A DNA stretch of 64,000 nucleotides from Dehalococcoidia bacterium (GCA_965249675.1 OZ252250.1:300941-364940), one strand, 5' to 3'; counted from the stretch's first letter, positions 8,657 through 18,676 are shown. Translations and numbers: made by a program. The notes: generated by a model from the sequence alone, not told the origin.

Positions 8657-9862
8657 TCAGCTGCCGGCGCCTCCCAGCGCCCGCCCGAGCTCGCGGGCGA
8701 GGTTGCCCTGGGGGCTCACCTCCACCCGCTCAAGGCCGAGCCAGCCCGACATCAGCGCGAGCTCCGTGGCGAGCGCGCTGGCGACCTGCGGTGGGTTCGC
8801 ATCCCGTTCGACGTGCGCCGCGCGGACCGCCAGGGTGCCCCGCTGGCGGTCGGCCTTGAGGTCGACCCGACCGACCAGCTGCCCATCGAGCAGGAAGGGC
8901 AGCACGTAGTAGCCGTACTGGCGCCGGGGTTCGGGGACGTAGATCTCCAGCCGATAGTCGAAGCCGAAGAGGCGCAGCGTGCGGTCCCGTTCCCAGACGA
9001 GCGAGTCGAAGGGTGAGAGCAGCGCCTGGCCCCGCACCGTGCGCGGCAGCCGCGCCTCGGGGTGGAGGTAGGCCGGCTGCGACCAGCCGGCGACGGTCAC
9101 CTCCTGGAGCCGCCCGGAGGAGACGAGTTCGGCCAGGAGGGGCCGGGCGATGGGCACGGTCAGCCGGTAGTAGTCGGCGAGGTCTCTGGCCGTGCCGACG
9201 CCATGCGCACCGGCGGCGCGCAAGAGGAGCTGACGACGCGCCTCGTCGGGGCCGGGGACGGGCGCGTCCAGCCACTCGCGGGGCAAGACCCGCTCCGTCA
9301 GGTCATAGACCCGGGTGAAGCCGCGGCGGTCACTGGTGGTCAGCCGCCCGGCCCGGAAGTGCCACTCGAGCGCGACCTTCCCGGGGCCGTGTCCCCACCA
9401 GGGCCCGGTGCGACCACCGGGGTCCTCGAGGTCGTCGACGCCAAGCGGCCCGCGCTGGCGTACCTCATCGAGGATCGCCTCGACGTAGCCGGGGCGCTCC
9501 TCCATCAAGGGTCCGGCGCGGTGCCGCCCGGGCTCGGCCGCATCCATGCGGTGGCGCAGGAGCGGGTAGTGGTCGACCGGCAGCAGCGAGGCGACATGCC
9601 CCCAGTACTCAAAGAGCTCGCGGCGGCGGTAGGCCAGCTGGGCGAGCAGCTCCGGTCGGTAGGGGCCGAGACGCGAGAAGAAGGGGAGGTAGTGCGACCG
9701 CACCAGGACGTTCACCGAGTCGAGCTGGACGAGCTTGATCTGCTCGAGCACCGCGCGGAGGTGGCGCAGGGAGACGCGCACCCGCGGGCGGGCGCGGCCG
9801 AACCCCTGGGCCGCCAGGGCGATGCGACGAGCTTCGTAGGCGGAGAGATGGGCGCCGGGCAT
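8657..9862 (-). CDS. Winged-helix DNA-binding protein of the YcaQ/AlkZ (HTH_42) family, possible interstrand-crosslink DNA glycosylase
   Basis: ORF 8657-10084 trimmed to ATG 9862 (MPGAHLSAYEARRIALAAQGF). Family-typical stretches LVQLDSVNVLVRSHYLPFFSRLGPY and ELFEYWGHVASLLP are present. The upstream extension is repeat-derived (ADGA)n. Confidence 0.8.
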   Translation of the reverse strand: MPGAHLSAYEARRIALAAQGFGRARPRVRVSLRHLRAVLEQIKLVQLDSVNVLVRSHYLPFFSRLGPYRPELLAQLAYRRRELFEYWGHVASLLPVDHYPLLRHRMDAAEPGRHRAGPLMEERPGYVEAILDEVRQRGPLGVDDLEDPGGRTGPWWGHGPGKVALEWHFRAGRLTTSDRRGFTRVYDLTERVLPREWLDAPVPGPDEARRQLLLRAAGAHGVGTARDLADYYRLTVPIARPLLAELVSSGRLQEVTVAGWSQPAYLHPEARLPRTVRGQALLSPFDSLVWERDRTLRLFGFDYRLEIYVPEPRRQYGYYVLPFLLDGQLVGRVDLKADRQRGTLAVRAAHVERDANPPQVASALATELALMSGWLGLERVEVSPQGNLARELGRALGGAGS

Positions 9863-9924
9863 CAGGGATCCTGTTCGGGGAGCCGCGGCTCGGGGCGGCG
9901 ATCCAGCGTAGCGCGGGGGCGCCG

Positions 9925-9972
9925 CCCCGTCCGCTGCTCCGTCCGCTGCCCCGTCCGCTGGCCCATCCGCCA
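9925..9972. repeat. Degenerate 12-bp tandem repeat CCCCGTCCGCTG x4
   Basis: Units at 9925, 9937, 9949 and 9961, the last degenerate. Intergenic, upstream of the YcaQ-like gene. Confidence 0.6.
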
Positions 9973-9990
9973 ACGCCTTCGCCGGCCCCG

Positions 9991-10710
9991 CTACTCCTCC
10001 CAGGTCGAGCCCCGCCCGCCGAGGGGCACGAGGCTGCGGGGCGGATCGAAGAATTCGGGGTGCAGGTGATCTCGCCCCAGCCACTCGACGTAGAAGCGAC
10101 CGCGCGCGAGGTCCGGATCACCGCAGCCGGCGACGCCGGCCGCCAGCGGCAGCTCGGTGCGGGCATCGAAGTCGAGCTCGATGTCGATACAGAAGAGGAT
10201 TCGATCACCCTCCCGGGGCGCCAGCCCCGACTGCCGGAGCCGCCACACCGGCTCGCCGTCTAGCTCGGCCCGCGAGACCCGGGCCTCGGGACCGGCCAGC
10301 CGCAGGAGCAGCAGGGGCAGGACGAGCACCTCGAGCGGGGCCACGGCCTGACCGCCGACCTCGCGGGCGACCTGCACCGACGTCGGGTCGGGCGGGTAGT
10401 ACTGGCGCTGGCCGACGACCAGGGTCGGTGGCGGCGGGTCGCCGGAGTGGTCGTAGGCGCCCTGGCGGATGCTCTGCCGCCTCCAGTCCACCCAGGTCTC
10501 GCGGATCACCTCGTCGATGCCGATCGGGGAGCGGGTCGAGAATTCAAGATGCAGGATCTGCTCGCCGTCGCCCCGCAGCGCCGTCCAGACGCGATCACGG
10601 AGTTCCGCCGTATCGGCCGGTTGCTCGGCCCGATCCGCACCGCAGGCCGCGAGCGAGAGGAGCGCAACCAGGGCGACCGCGAGGCGACCAGCAGAGCGGC
10701 GCCGGGTCAC
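9991..10710 (-). CDS. Hypothetical lipoprotein
   Basis: 239 aa with a GTG start. Signal peptide with lipobox MTRRRSAGRLAVALVALLSLAAC. No recognisable catalytic motif. Good GC3 bias. Confidence 0.6.
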   Translation of the reverse strand: MTRRRSAGRLAVALVALLSLAACGADRAEQPADTAELRDRVWTALRGDGEQILHLEFSTRSPIGIDEVIRETWVDWRRQSIRQGAYDHSGDPPPPTLVVGQRQYYPPDPTSVQVAREVGGQAVAPLEVLVLPLLLLRLAGPEARVSRAELDGEPVWRLRQSGLAPREGDRILFCIDIELDFDARTELPLAAGVAGCGDPDLARGRFYVEWLGRDHLHPEFFDPPRSLVPLGGRGSTWEE

Positions 10711-10716
10711 ACGCGG

Positions 10717-11631
10717 CTAGCGGAAGGCCGGCGCGACCTCGCTGATGAAGCGATCGGCCGTGGCCGTGCTCCGCTCAAGCCCGGCGCCGCCCGTGCGCAG
10801 CGAGAAGATCGGGACGACCAGCTCATCGACCCCGGCCTCGATGAAGGCTCCCAGCGACTCGGTGATCTGGCCGGCAGGTCCGGCCAGGACGCGCCCGCCG
10901 TAACGCTCCTCTGCCCGCGCCGCCTCTTCGGCATCGTCGGTCACCTGAACGAAGATGTTGGCCGACCGGTGGATCTCGGCGGGGTCCCGACCGAGCGCCT
11001 CGCAGTGCCGCTCCAGGACCCCGATCTTGTGGGCGAGAACGTCGGGCGTCCCCCAGACGTTCCACTCGTCGGCGTACTGGGCGGCGATCCGCAGAGTCAC
11101 CCGCTCGCCGCCCCCGCCGACCAGAAGCGGCGGCCCCGGACGCTGCACGGGCTTCGGCGCGAGGGGCGCGTTGCGCAGCTGGTAGAACCGTCCGTCGAAG
11201 TCCGTCCGCTCATTGGCAAAGAGCGAACGGATCACCTGGATCGCCTCCTCGAGGCGCCTGAGGCGTCCGCCGACCGTGCCGAAGGGGATGCCGTAGGCCT
11301 CGTGCTCGTTCTCCTGCCAGGCCGATCCGATGCCGAGTACCAGGCGGCCGCCGCTGATCAGGTCGACGCCTGCCGCCATCTTGGCGAGCACGGCCGGGTG
11401 CCGGTAGGTGTTGCCCGTGACCATCGTGCCCAGGCGGATCCTCGGCACGGTCGCGGCGAGCGCCGCCAGGTTGGTCCATGCCTCGCCGGTCGGACCGCTG
11501 TTGTCCTGGGCGTTCGGCATGAAGTGGTCGGCCACCCAGAGGCCATCCCAGCCGCTCTCTTCGATGTGGGCGGCGAAGTCCCTCAGGGTCTCCCAGTCAC
11601 CGGGTTGGTTCGGCCAGGCGCTGAACTGCAC
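10717..11631 (-). CDS. LLM-class F420-dependent oxidoreductase (luciferase-like)
   Basis: 304 aa. WVADHF, RIRLGTMVTGNTYRHPAVLAKM, GGRLVLGIGSAW and QRPGPPLLVGGGGE are typical of the Rv1855c-type LLM family. Confidence 0.85.
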   Translation of the reverse strand: MQFSAWPNQPGDWETLRDFAAHIEESGWDGLWVADHFMPNAQDNSGPTGEAWTNLAALAATVPRIRLGTMVTGNTYRHPAVLAKMAAGVDLISGGRLVLGIGSAWQENEHEAYGIPFGTVGGRLRRLEEAIQVIRSLFANERTDFDGRFYQLRNAPLAPKPVQRPGPPLLVGGGGERVTLRIAAQYADEWNVWGTPDVLAHKIGVLERHCEALGRDPAEIHRSANIFVQVTDDAEEAARAEERYGGRVLAGPAGQITESLGAFIEAGVDELVVPIFSLRTGGAGLERSTATADRFISEVAPAFR

Positions 11632-11681
11632 GGGGCTGCTCCTCTCCCCCGCGGCTCGGGGGTCTGTGGTCAGGGTTTTCC

Positions 11682-12440
11682 TCAGGCGTGGGCCTCGATG
11701 AAGGCCAGCACGCGCTCCCAGGCGTCCTCGGACTCGGCCGCGAACTCCTCGTATGCGCGATCGAAGAAGGAGTGCGGGGCGCCCGGGTAGGTGTGGAGCT
11801 CGTGCGGGTGGTCGTCCCCCTCCAGCGCCACGCGGTACTGCTCAACGACATCGGGACCGATGCCCGGGTCGCCGCCGCCCATCAGGCCGAGCACCGGGCA
11901 CTCGAAGTCCGGAACCAGGTCGACGACCGCCGGGGCGCCCTGTGGCCGGTCGCCCCTGGTCGGGTGCCCGTAGAACCCGATCGCGCCGGAGAGCCCGTGG
12001 CCCTGGGCCGCCTGCTGCCATGAGCCGCTGCCGCCGAAACAGAACCCGATCGTGAAGATGGGGCGAGCGGCATCTGCCTGGCGCAGGTAGTCGACGCAGG
12101 CGCGCACGTCATCGCGCAGCCCGCCGTAGATCGTCTGGGCGACGTGCGGTCCGTAGTCGAACTCGGCGTCGCGCCGCCCGACCCCGGCGCTGCGCCCGAA
12201 GTAGTCCATCGCCACCGAGTCGTAGCCGCGCTCGGCGAAGCGCAGGGCAAGCTCCTCGTAGAACGGGAAGAGTCCCCGCACGTCGGGGAGCACGACGACC
12301 GCCGGACCCGTCTCGCCGGAACGGGCCGCGAAGGCGGCGAACTGGTTTCCGTCGGCGGCGGTCAGGGTCAGCGACTCGCTGTTGACCGCGGCACCGGTGA
12401 TGGCGCGCACCGGCGGCATCGCCTCGTAGGGAACACACAT
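11682..12440 (-). CDS. Dienelactone hydrolase family protein
   Basis: 252 aa. VVVLPDVRGL..FYEELALRFAERGY, nucleophile elbow GFCFGG and C-terminal GAPHSF. Confidence 0.85.
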   Translation of the reverse strand: MCVPYEAMPPVRAITGAAVNSESLTLTAADGNQFAAFAARSGETGPAVVVLPDVRGLFPFYEELALRFAERGYDSVAMDYFGRSAGVGRRDAEFDYGPHVAQTIYGGLRDDVRACVDYLRQADAARPIFTIGFCFGGSGSWQQAAQGHGLSGAIGFYGHPTRGDRPQGAPAVVDLVPDFECPVLGLMGGGDPGIGPDVVEQYRVALEGDDHPHELHTYPGAPHSFFDRAYEEFAAESEDAWERVLAFIEAHA

Positions 12441-12561
12441 CTAGAGCCTCCTTCGCTCGGTTGGGGCAGGATCTGGCCGGGGCGGCGCCGATCTCGCGGC
12501 TGCGCCAGCGGGCCATTCGGATGAGGCTAAGGTACCACCCGACGGGGGCCGAACACCCCCA

Positions 12562-13809
12562 TCAGACCGCGCCGAGCTCCTCTTCCAGCGCCAGGAGGTC
12601 GTCGATCGTCTGTCGGCGGCGGATCAGGCGCGGCTCGCCCCCCTCCACCAGCACCTCGGCAGCCAGGCCCCGGCTGTTGTAGTTGCTCGACATCGAGGAG
12701 CCGTAGGCGCCGGCGTTTCCGAAGACGACGTAGTCGCCGACCCGGGCCTCGGGCAGGCCGCGCGGCACGACCAGTCCGCCCTCCTCCTGTGTGAAGACAT
12801 CGCCCGACTCGCACAGCGGGCCACCGACCACGGTCGGGCCGACGGCACCGCGGGCCACCCGGCCGTCCGCTCGGACGACCGTGATCTCGTGGTAGCTGCC
12901 GTACATCGCCGGCCTGACCAGGTCGTTGAACCCGGCATCGACCAGGACGAAGCGGGCCAGCGGCGTCTCCTTGACGGCGTAGACCCTGGCGATCAGCTGC
13001 CCGGCTTCGGCGACCAGGTAGCGCCCCGGTTCGATCTCCAGAGAGACCGGGTGGCCGAGCTGCTGCTCGATCTCGCTGCGGGCCCCATCCCAGACGGCAA
13101 AGTAGGCAGCGAGGTCGATCCCCCGGTCGCCGGGGCCGTAGACGACGGGTAGTCCGCCGCCGGCCGAGATCGCCTGGATGTCGCGGTCGGCCCGGCCGAC
13201 CAGCTCGACCATCGCGCCGGCCACCAGGGCGAGGTGCTCGAAGTCCGTACCGGAGCCGATGTGCATGTGCAGGCCGACCAGGTCCAGTCCGTGCTCGTCC
13301 ACGACTGAGAGAGCGAGCTCCAGGTCTTCGTGCCAGATGCCGTGCTTGCTCGACTCGCCGCCGGTATTGGTCTTGAGGCTGTGGCCGTGGCCGAACCCGG
13401 GGTTGATGCGCAGCCAGACACGGTGCCCGGGAGAGTGGCGACCGAGCTGGCGGAGCATGTCGACCGAGCCGGCGTTGACCGGGATCTGGTGCCTGAGGAC
13501 GAGCGCGAGCGCCTCCTCGTCGAGGAGATCGGCGGTCAGCACGAGGTCCGAGGGCTCGCCCGTGCCGCGGTAGCCGACCCTGAGCGCCCGCTCGGTCTCC
13601 CCGGCCGAGACGGCGTCGACGGCAACGCCCTGCGCGCGCAGGAGCCGGAGGAGGTGGATGTTCGAGCTTGCCTTCTGGGCGTAGCGGACGAGATCGAAGC
13701 TCTCGAGGTCGGCGACCCGGGCGGTGATCACCTCGGCCTCGTAGCTGTAGACGGGCGTCCCGAATCGTCGAGCGATCTCGACCGCCAGCTCGGGATTGGG
13801 TTCTGGCAT
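12562..13809 (-). CDS. lysA: Diaminopimelate decarboxylase
   Basis: 415 aa. FGTPVYSY, YAQKASSN (PLP lysine), HMHIGSG, EPGRYLVA and CESGD motifs of the PLP-dependent group IV decarboxylases. Confidence 0.9.
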   Translation of the reverse strand: MPEPNPELAVEIARRFGTPVYSYEAEVITARVADLESFDLVRYAQKASSNIHLLRLLRAQGVAVDAVSAGETERALRVGYRGTGEPSDLVLTADLLDEEALALVLRHQIPVNAGSVDMLRQLGRHSPGHRVWLRINPGFGHGHSLKTNTGGESSKHGIWHEDLELALSVVDEHGLDLVGLHMHIGSGTDFEHLALVAGAMVELVGRADRDIQAISAGGGLPVVYGPGDRGIDLAAYFAVWDGARSEIEQQLGHPVSLEIEPGRYLVAEAGQLIARVYAVKETPLARFVLVDAGFNDLVRPAMYGSYHEITVVRADGRVARGAVGPTVVGGPLCESGDVFTQEEGGLVVPRGLPEARVGDYVVFGNAGAYGSSMSSNYNSRGLAAEVLVEGGEPRLIRRRQTIDDLLALEEELGAV

Positions 13810-13927
13810 GGCGCTCCCCGCTATCGGTCAAGAACCCCGGTCTGCCCGCCAGCTGGCAGCGGATCCGGCGCGGTCACCGAGTATAGGATGCCGCCTCTCG
13901 GGAAATGACTGACGAGAGGCAGCAGGG

Positions 13928-15052
13928 TCAGGCCGGAACCTCGCCGACCTCCCCGAGCCCCTCGTGGCGGAGAGCCGTGCCGACGACCAGTCGGTGGAGC
14001 TCGGCGCGGCGCGCCTCGGCCTGGCCCTGCTGCCCCATCTCGACCAGCACCGGCAGGACGCCGGGGACGAAGCGGCCGATCCCCAGCGAGCTCGTGCCGC
14101 CCGTCGGCCAGGAGGAATCGCGCGGAGCGGTGTCGGCGATGCGGCCCCAGCGACGCCGGTCGCGTGCGATGAACTGCTCGCGGTCGCTGACCCGCGGGTT
14201 GAGGTCGGCGAGGAGGGCGTCGATCCGGGAAGACTCCGCGGGCTCGCCGCCGCTCGTGATCGTCTGGCCGAGCGACGAGGTCCCGTTCTGGGTGCGCTCG
14301 GCGTAGAACATCCAGGACTCATGGAGGTCGAGCAAGAGGCTCGGCCGAAACTCCCGCACGAGGTCGATGATCGCCCGCGCCATCCGCTGCATCGGCAGCA
14401 CGCCCCGGCTCTCCGGGGGCTCCCCCGGGTAGAGACGGTTGAGGTCTCCCAGTTCGGGCAGCGTGCGCACGAAGTCTCGAATGGCCAGCTGATTGGCCCT
14501 CGGCAACACCACCAGTGTGCCCCGCTCGGGCATCCAGTCGGTGATCGAGTCCCCGGCCGCCCACGCGCCCGGTTCGTTGCCGTGGACGCCCGACAACACG
14601 ACGGCGGTCGGACCCACCCGATCGCTGCGGTTGATCGCCAGCGGAGCCTCCCAGGGAGTCCCGGCCAGGAGCAGGCGGCGATCCTGGCGAGGTGCGGCGG
14701 GCAGGATGGGCCGCCTCGTGTACGGCCGGGGGGAAGGTTCGGCCGCCGGACTCGCGACCGCGGGTGCGACCTGCTCGGCCAGGGGCGTGCTCACGGACCG
14801 CGGCGCCGCGCTAGGGGCAGGATCAGGGGCTCGACCGGCCGAGGTGGGCGCCGCTGTTGGAGCCTCTGCCTCCGGCGAGCGCTCACCTGTCCGGCAGGCG
14901 GCAAGCAGCGCGAGGCCCACCGCTCCGACGGTACCCCCGGCGAGAAGCGAGAGGGCCGCTCGTCGCGTCCGAGGCCTCGGTCCACCGCTCGCGGGGAGGC
15001 GACCGGCAGACGGCTCACTCGGCGGGAAGCTGCCTTCGCTCATACGCCGCAT
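13928..15052 (-). CDS. Secreted M14-like zinc hydrolase of the succinylglutamate desuccinylase/aspartoacylase (AstE/AspA) family
   Basis: 374 aa. Tat-like RTRRAALSLLAGG plus lipobox LLAAC. GVHGNEPGAW (HxxE zinc site) and LLLDLHES are present. Confidence 0.7.
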   Translation of the reverse strand: MRRMSEGSFPPSEPSAGRLPASGGPRPRTRRAALSLLAGGTVGAVGLALLAACRTGERSPEAEAPTAAPTSAGRAPDPAPSAAPRSVSTPLAEQVAPAVASPAAEPSPRPYTRRPILPAAPRQDRRLLLAGTPWEAPLAINRSDRVGPTAVVLSGVHGNEPGAWAAGDSITDWMPERGTLVVLPRANQLAIRDFVRTLPELGDLNRLYPGEPPESRGVLPMQRMARAIIDLVREFRPSLLLDLHESWMFYAERTQNGTSSLGQTITSGGEPAESSRIDALLADLNPRVSDREQFIARDRRRWGRIADTAPRDSSWPTGGTSSLGIGRFVPGVLPVLVEMGQQGQAEARRAELHRLVVGTALRHEGLGEVGEVPA

Positions 15053-15087
15053 CCCCGGTGGCTGCTGAGCGACCGCTGGCAGCCTGG

Positions 15088-15792
15088 TTAGTAGCTCGAG
15101 ACGTCCGTCTGATGTCGCTCACCTGTCACGACGTAGACGGTCCGCTCGGCGATATTGGTCGCTCGGTCGGCCACTCGCTCAAGGTTGTGGGCCACCCACA
15201 GCAGGTGTGTGGCGGGCTCGACCTTGGTCGGATCGGCGATCATCACCTGCACCAGATCGCCGTAGATCGTGTCGTAGAGCGCGTCGACCTCGTCGTCGTC
15301 GCGGCCGACCTGGTAGGCGCTCACAACGTCCTTGTCGACAAAAGACTGGACAGCCTTGCCGAGCATCGCGCGAGCCTTCTCGGCCTGTAGAGGGAGATCG
15401 ACCAGGGGTTTGACGAGCGGCTCGTCGCGCATCATCACGACGATCTTGGCAATCCCCTCGGCGTGGTCGGCGATCCGTTCGAGCTCATCGGCAATCGCGG
15501 AGACCGAGACGATCAGCCGCAGGTCACCGGCCAGTGGGTTCTGGCGAGCGAGCAGCGCCACGCAGTCGTTCTGGATCTGCCACGCCGTCTCGTCGATCAC
15601 GCTGTCTTCGCTGATGATCACCTGGGCAAGCGGGAGATCTCGATTGATCAGGGCCGACATCGCGCGCTGCACGGCGCGGTCGACCATCGAACCTATCTCC
15701 AACACGAGGTCCTGGAGCTCGGCAAGCTGCCGATGAAAGTCCTTGCGTGGCTCACCCTGCGACAGCGGTTCCGGGGGCGGTTGACTGACCAT
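15088..15792 (-). CDS. phoU: Phosphate signalling complex protein PhoU
   Basis: ORF 15088-15813 trimmed to ATG 15792. Duplicated PhoU helices with ELERIADHAEGIA and NLERVADRATNIAE. Confidence 0.9.
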   Translation of the reverse strand: MVSQPPPEPLSQGEPRKDFHRQLAELQDLVLEIGSMVDRAVQRAMSALINRDLPLAQVIISEDSVIDETAWQIQNDCVALLARQNPLAGDLRLIVSVSAIADELERIADHAEGIAKIVVMMRDEPLVKPLVDLPLQAEKARAMLGKAVQSFVDKDVVSAYQVGRDDDEVDALYDTIYGDLVQVMIADPTKVEPATHLLWVAHNLERVADRATNIAERTVYVVTGERHQTDVSSY

Positions 15793-15843
15793 GGTGAGGT
15801 TTATCCTACACAATTCCCAGACCCCGTTGAGAAGACCAGTGGT

Positions 15844-15869
15844 GGGCGGGGCGGGGCCCCGCCCCGCCC
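15844..15869. terminator. Perfect 13+13 GC palindrome GGGCGGGGCGGGG/CCCCGCCCCGCCC, terminator-like hairpin without a U tract
   Basis: Read directly. It lies between the stop of the 814-aa gene (16020) and the phoU start (15792), both on the minus strand. Confidence 0.4.
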
Positions 15870-16019
15870 GGGCGCAGCCCTCCGGTCCAGAATCGCCGAT
15901 CGATCGAGGCTCACGCCGGAGCCCATCAGGAGGTCACCCGCCTGACGGCCCAGGACAATCAGACCGACGCCGTCCCCTGGTCCCCGAGGTAGAGGCAGGT
16001 GCTGGCATCCCAGAAGCGG

Positions 16020-18464
16020 CTACCGACAGGACGAGCCTTCGGGCAGCCTCAGGTCAAGGCCGGTCACGTCGCCGCCCCGGACCACGATGTCCCCGACTGA
16101 GTGCAGCCTCGCATCTGACTCGAACTCGCATGACGCGTTCAGCCGGTCGATGATGAGGTGGTAGGTACCGTCCCTCAGGGGGAGGTCAAACGCTCCATCC
16201 GACCCCGTCCGAAAGGTCCCTTCCCAATCCCACGCTTCGTCCCCCCGGTGGGCACCAATCCATGTCCAGGTCGCCGGGTTGCCGCTCGGATCCGACAGGA
16301 CGCCCCGAACGTGGTGCAGGGCGAAGGGCGGCGCGACCTCTGCTCGATATCGCTCGAACTCCACGTGGAAGTCGTCGACCCGGATGCCGAAAGCGGTCTC
16401 GAACGCCTGCTCCCAGTTCGCCGACGATGGCAATGCCCGGTAGTAGTCAACGAGCGCGGACTCCCCGGCTCGCTCCGCCAGCCACTCGCCGGCGAGGAAG
16501 CTCACCGCGCTCCGCGAGTCGAAGACCCCCGACAGAGCGGCCAGCGGGCCGGCGGTGCGCGCGGCCAGCCTGATCTGATCTTGCCGGATCTCCCCGAAGG
16601 TCCGCGTCCCGATGGTCGCCTCGTAGAGAGATCCGACGTAGCTCTCGGTCGCCCGGCTCAACCACCCGGGCCCCCACCGGTCGTCTCCGGGGGCCGGGTC
16701 GGGCAGCGACGCCCGGGGCGCGAGCCGGTGGCAGAGGCTGTCGAAGTGGGCCCCGGCCAGGCGCGGATCGCCGCTGTCGCAGGCAAGTGTCAGGATCACC
16801 GCCATCGCGGTGACCGTCTCGCTGCAGAAGTTCTCTTCAATCTCCCGTCCGAACAGCAATTTGAACGCGCCGGCGAGCGACTCCGCGTTCGCCCCGACGT
16901 AGACGGTGTAGTCGCCCGTCCCCGCATCGAAGCGTTCTGCGAAGAAGGTCTGCACGTTGGCGAACCTGGTGCGGATCCGTGCCTCTTCCTCTGGCGACAT
17001 CTCGCCCAGTAGTACGAGGACCGGTTCATCACTCTCGTCGACCAGGTGCGGCAATCGCGGCGCAACCTCGGCTCGATATCGCTCGAACTCCCCGTAGAAG
17101 TCATCGACTGCCACGCCGAAGGCGGACTCGAACGCCCTCCTCCAGCTCCGGCCCGGCCCCAGAGCGCTGTAGAAGTCGAAGAGCGCCTGCTCCGACGAGT
17201 GGTCGACAAGCCAGTCCGTCGCGACAAACCCCAGGTCGTAGCCGGCGCCGCCGTACGGGGAGAAGGTGACGCCTCTCTCCAGGTCCATCAGCGCCGGGAG
17301 GTCGGCCCGGATCGTTACGGATATCGATGAGCCGAGCTGGAGATCGAGCCGCTCACGGAGCGTCAACTCGCGAGACGTGACCCCCTGGTAGACCCACCCC
17401 GCCCAGGATGCCGATCCCTCCTTTAGCCATGCCGGTCCATTACCGCCTCGGGCCAGCGCGTCCTGGAGGACGTGGAAGTGCTCATGGGGATAGGTGCCGC
17501 GCGAGAGGCAATCCGTCCGGGCGAACACCACGCCGCTCGAATAGTCGGCGCAGAAGCCATCGGGGACCTGGTGGCCGCGGATCTCATGGTAGGTTGGCGT
17601 CAGGGCGGCAAGCTCGCCGACATAGCTTGAGAACGTCGCCTCGACCGCCCAGCGTTCGGCGAAGACGGCCCTGGTCTCATCCACCCACTCGCGGATCTCC
17701 GCCTGGTCCTCCTCCAGAACATCGCCCACGAACAGGACCGGCACCGGGCTCCGCCCCGACTGCCACCACCGCGCATCCCCCGTCAACTCGATCCACAGTG
17801 CATCGCCATGGTTGAGCACGGTGAGGGTGTTCGCTGATTCCGAGCCGCCCTCGCTGTAGCGCAGGAACAGCTGCGATTCGGCATCCCAGCGCGAAGCGTG
17901 GATGAGCTGCGAGCGGAAGCGCGCGGTCGCCCCCGCGATCGCGGTGCCGTCACGGCCAGCCCACCCCACGAGGTTGCGCCCGGGGCGCAGCGAGAGCACC
18001 ACACTGTCCGCCCGGGCAGGGCGTCTCCACTCGAATGGTTCGTCCCCGCCGAGCTGGAGCCAGATCCCCATCCCCGCGGTCAGTCTCTCCAGCCCGTTCG
18101 GGGGGATGCTGGTGCCGGTCCGCCGTCGGTAGAGCTGCTCTTCTCCGTCCCAGGCAGAGACGCGCCTGAGGGCCGGGATGGCATCGAAGAGGTCGGTCGC
18201 CGGCGCGTCGCTCCCGAGCCAGCCGACCATGTTCCAGCCGGGGTGCAAGACCGTCGTGATCGTGTCCGCCTCGCTCGCCCCCACCGTCTGGGCGGAGGCG
18301 CGCGCAGGTACCCCAGCGACGGCGGCGACCACGACGAGCCCCGCGAGGGAGGCGCTCAGCGCGTACCGAATCAGGGGACGCAGGTTGCAAGAGCGGGTGG
18401 AGACCACGACACCTGAGCCATCGGCAAACGACCTCTTCCGTCTCTCTCGCTCACGAGCAGGCAC
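16020..18464 (-). CDS. Secreted multidomain protein: two ~80-aa N-terminal repeats, an HExxH peptidase-MA-like module, a degenerate second copy of that module, and a C-terminal beta-sandwich-like domain
   Basis: 814 aa. Signal ...VVVAAVAGVPARASA. Repeats PGWNMVGWLG.../PGRNLVGWAG.... Module 1 has HEHFHVLQ...AWLKEGSASWAG (HExxH plus EG.A, peptidase MA-like). Module 2 lacks HExxH but repeats ...FESAFG(V/I).VDDF..EFERYRAEVAP. Confidence 0.6.
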   Translation of the reverse strand: MPARERERRKRSFADGSGVVVSTRSCNLRPLIRYALSASLAGLVVVAAVAGVPARASAQTVGASEADTITTVLHPGWNMVGWLGSDAPATDLFDAIPALRRVSAWDGEEQLYRRRTGTSIPPNGLERLTAGMGIWLQLGGDEPFEWRRPARADSVVLSLRPGRNLVGWAGRDGTAIAGATARFRSQLIHASRWDAESQLFLRYSEGGSESANTLTVLNHGDALWIELTGDARWWQSGRSPVPVLFVGDVLEEDQAEIREWVDETRAVFAERWAVEATFSSYVGELAALTPTYHEIRGHQVPDGFCADYSSGVVFARTDCLSRGTYPHEHFHVLQDALARGGNGPAWLKEGSASWAGWVYQGVTSRELTLRERLDLQLGSSISVTIRADLPALMDLERGVTFSPYGGAGYDLGFVATDWLVDHSSEQALFDFYSALGPGRSWRRAFESAFGVAVDDFYGEFERYRAEVAPRLPHLVDESDEPVLVLLGEMSPEEEARIRTRFANVQTFFAERFDAGTGDYTVYVGANAESLAGAFKLLFGREIEENFCSETVTAMAVILTLACDSGDPRLAGAHFDSLCHRLAPRASLPDPAPGDDRWGPGWLSRATESYVGSLYEATIGTRTFGEIRQDQIRLAARTAGPLAALSGVFDSRSAVSFLAGEWLAERAGESALVDYYRALPSSANWEQAFETAFGIRVDDFHVEFERYRAEVAPPFALHHVRGVLSDPSGNPATWTWIGAHRGDEAWDWEGTFRTGSDGAFDLPLRDGTYHLIIDRLNASCEFESDARLHSVGDIVVRGGDVTGLDLRLPEGSSCR

Positions 18465-18676
18465 CTCGCGGCCACGATCGGGAGCGCTGCCGGGTGGCCG
18501 CAGAGAGTCACGCGGGCAGTATAGCGGGGACCAGTTCCGGGCCGGTCTCGCTCACCGAGCTGATGTGATCGCGTCGGCCGTCCCGTCCCCCTGCCTCGCC
18601 GCTGCCACCTGATCCCGCCGTCGATGCGCCACCACGATGCGAAGGCCCAGACCCAGACGAGGACCAGCTCCCCCCG

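Noticed and set aside
9863-10084. N-terminal 74-aa extension of the YcaQ-like ORF containing (ADGA)n
   Set aside because: The extension is the translation of the 12-bp intergenic repeat and has no family counterpart. The conserved protein starts at MPGAHLSAYEARR (9862).
12527-13831. 434-aa Arg/Pro/Gly-rich ORF overlapping lysA on the same strand
   Set aside because: This is an alternate frame of lysA. Its composition is typical of a high-GC shadow ORF with no motif, while the lysA frame carries all the decarboxylase motifs.
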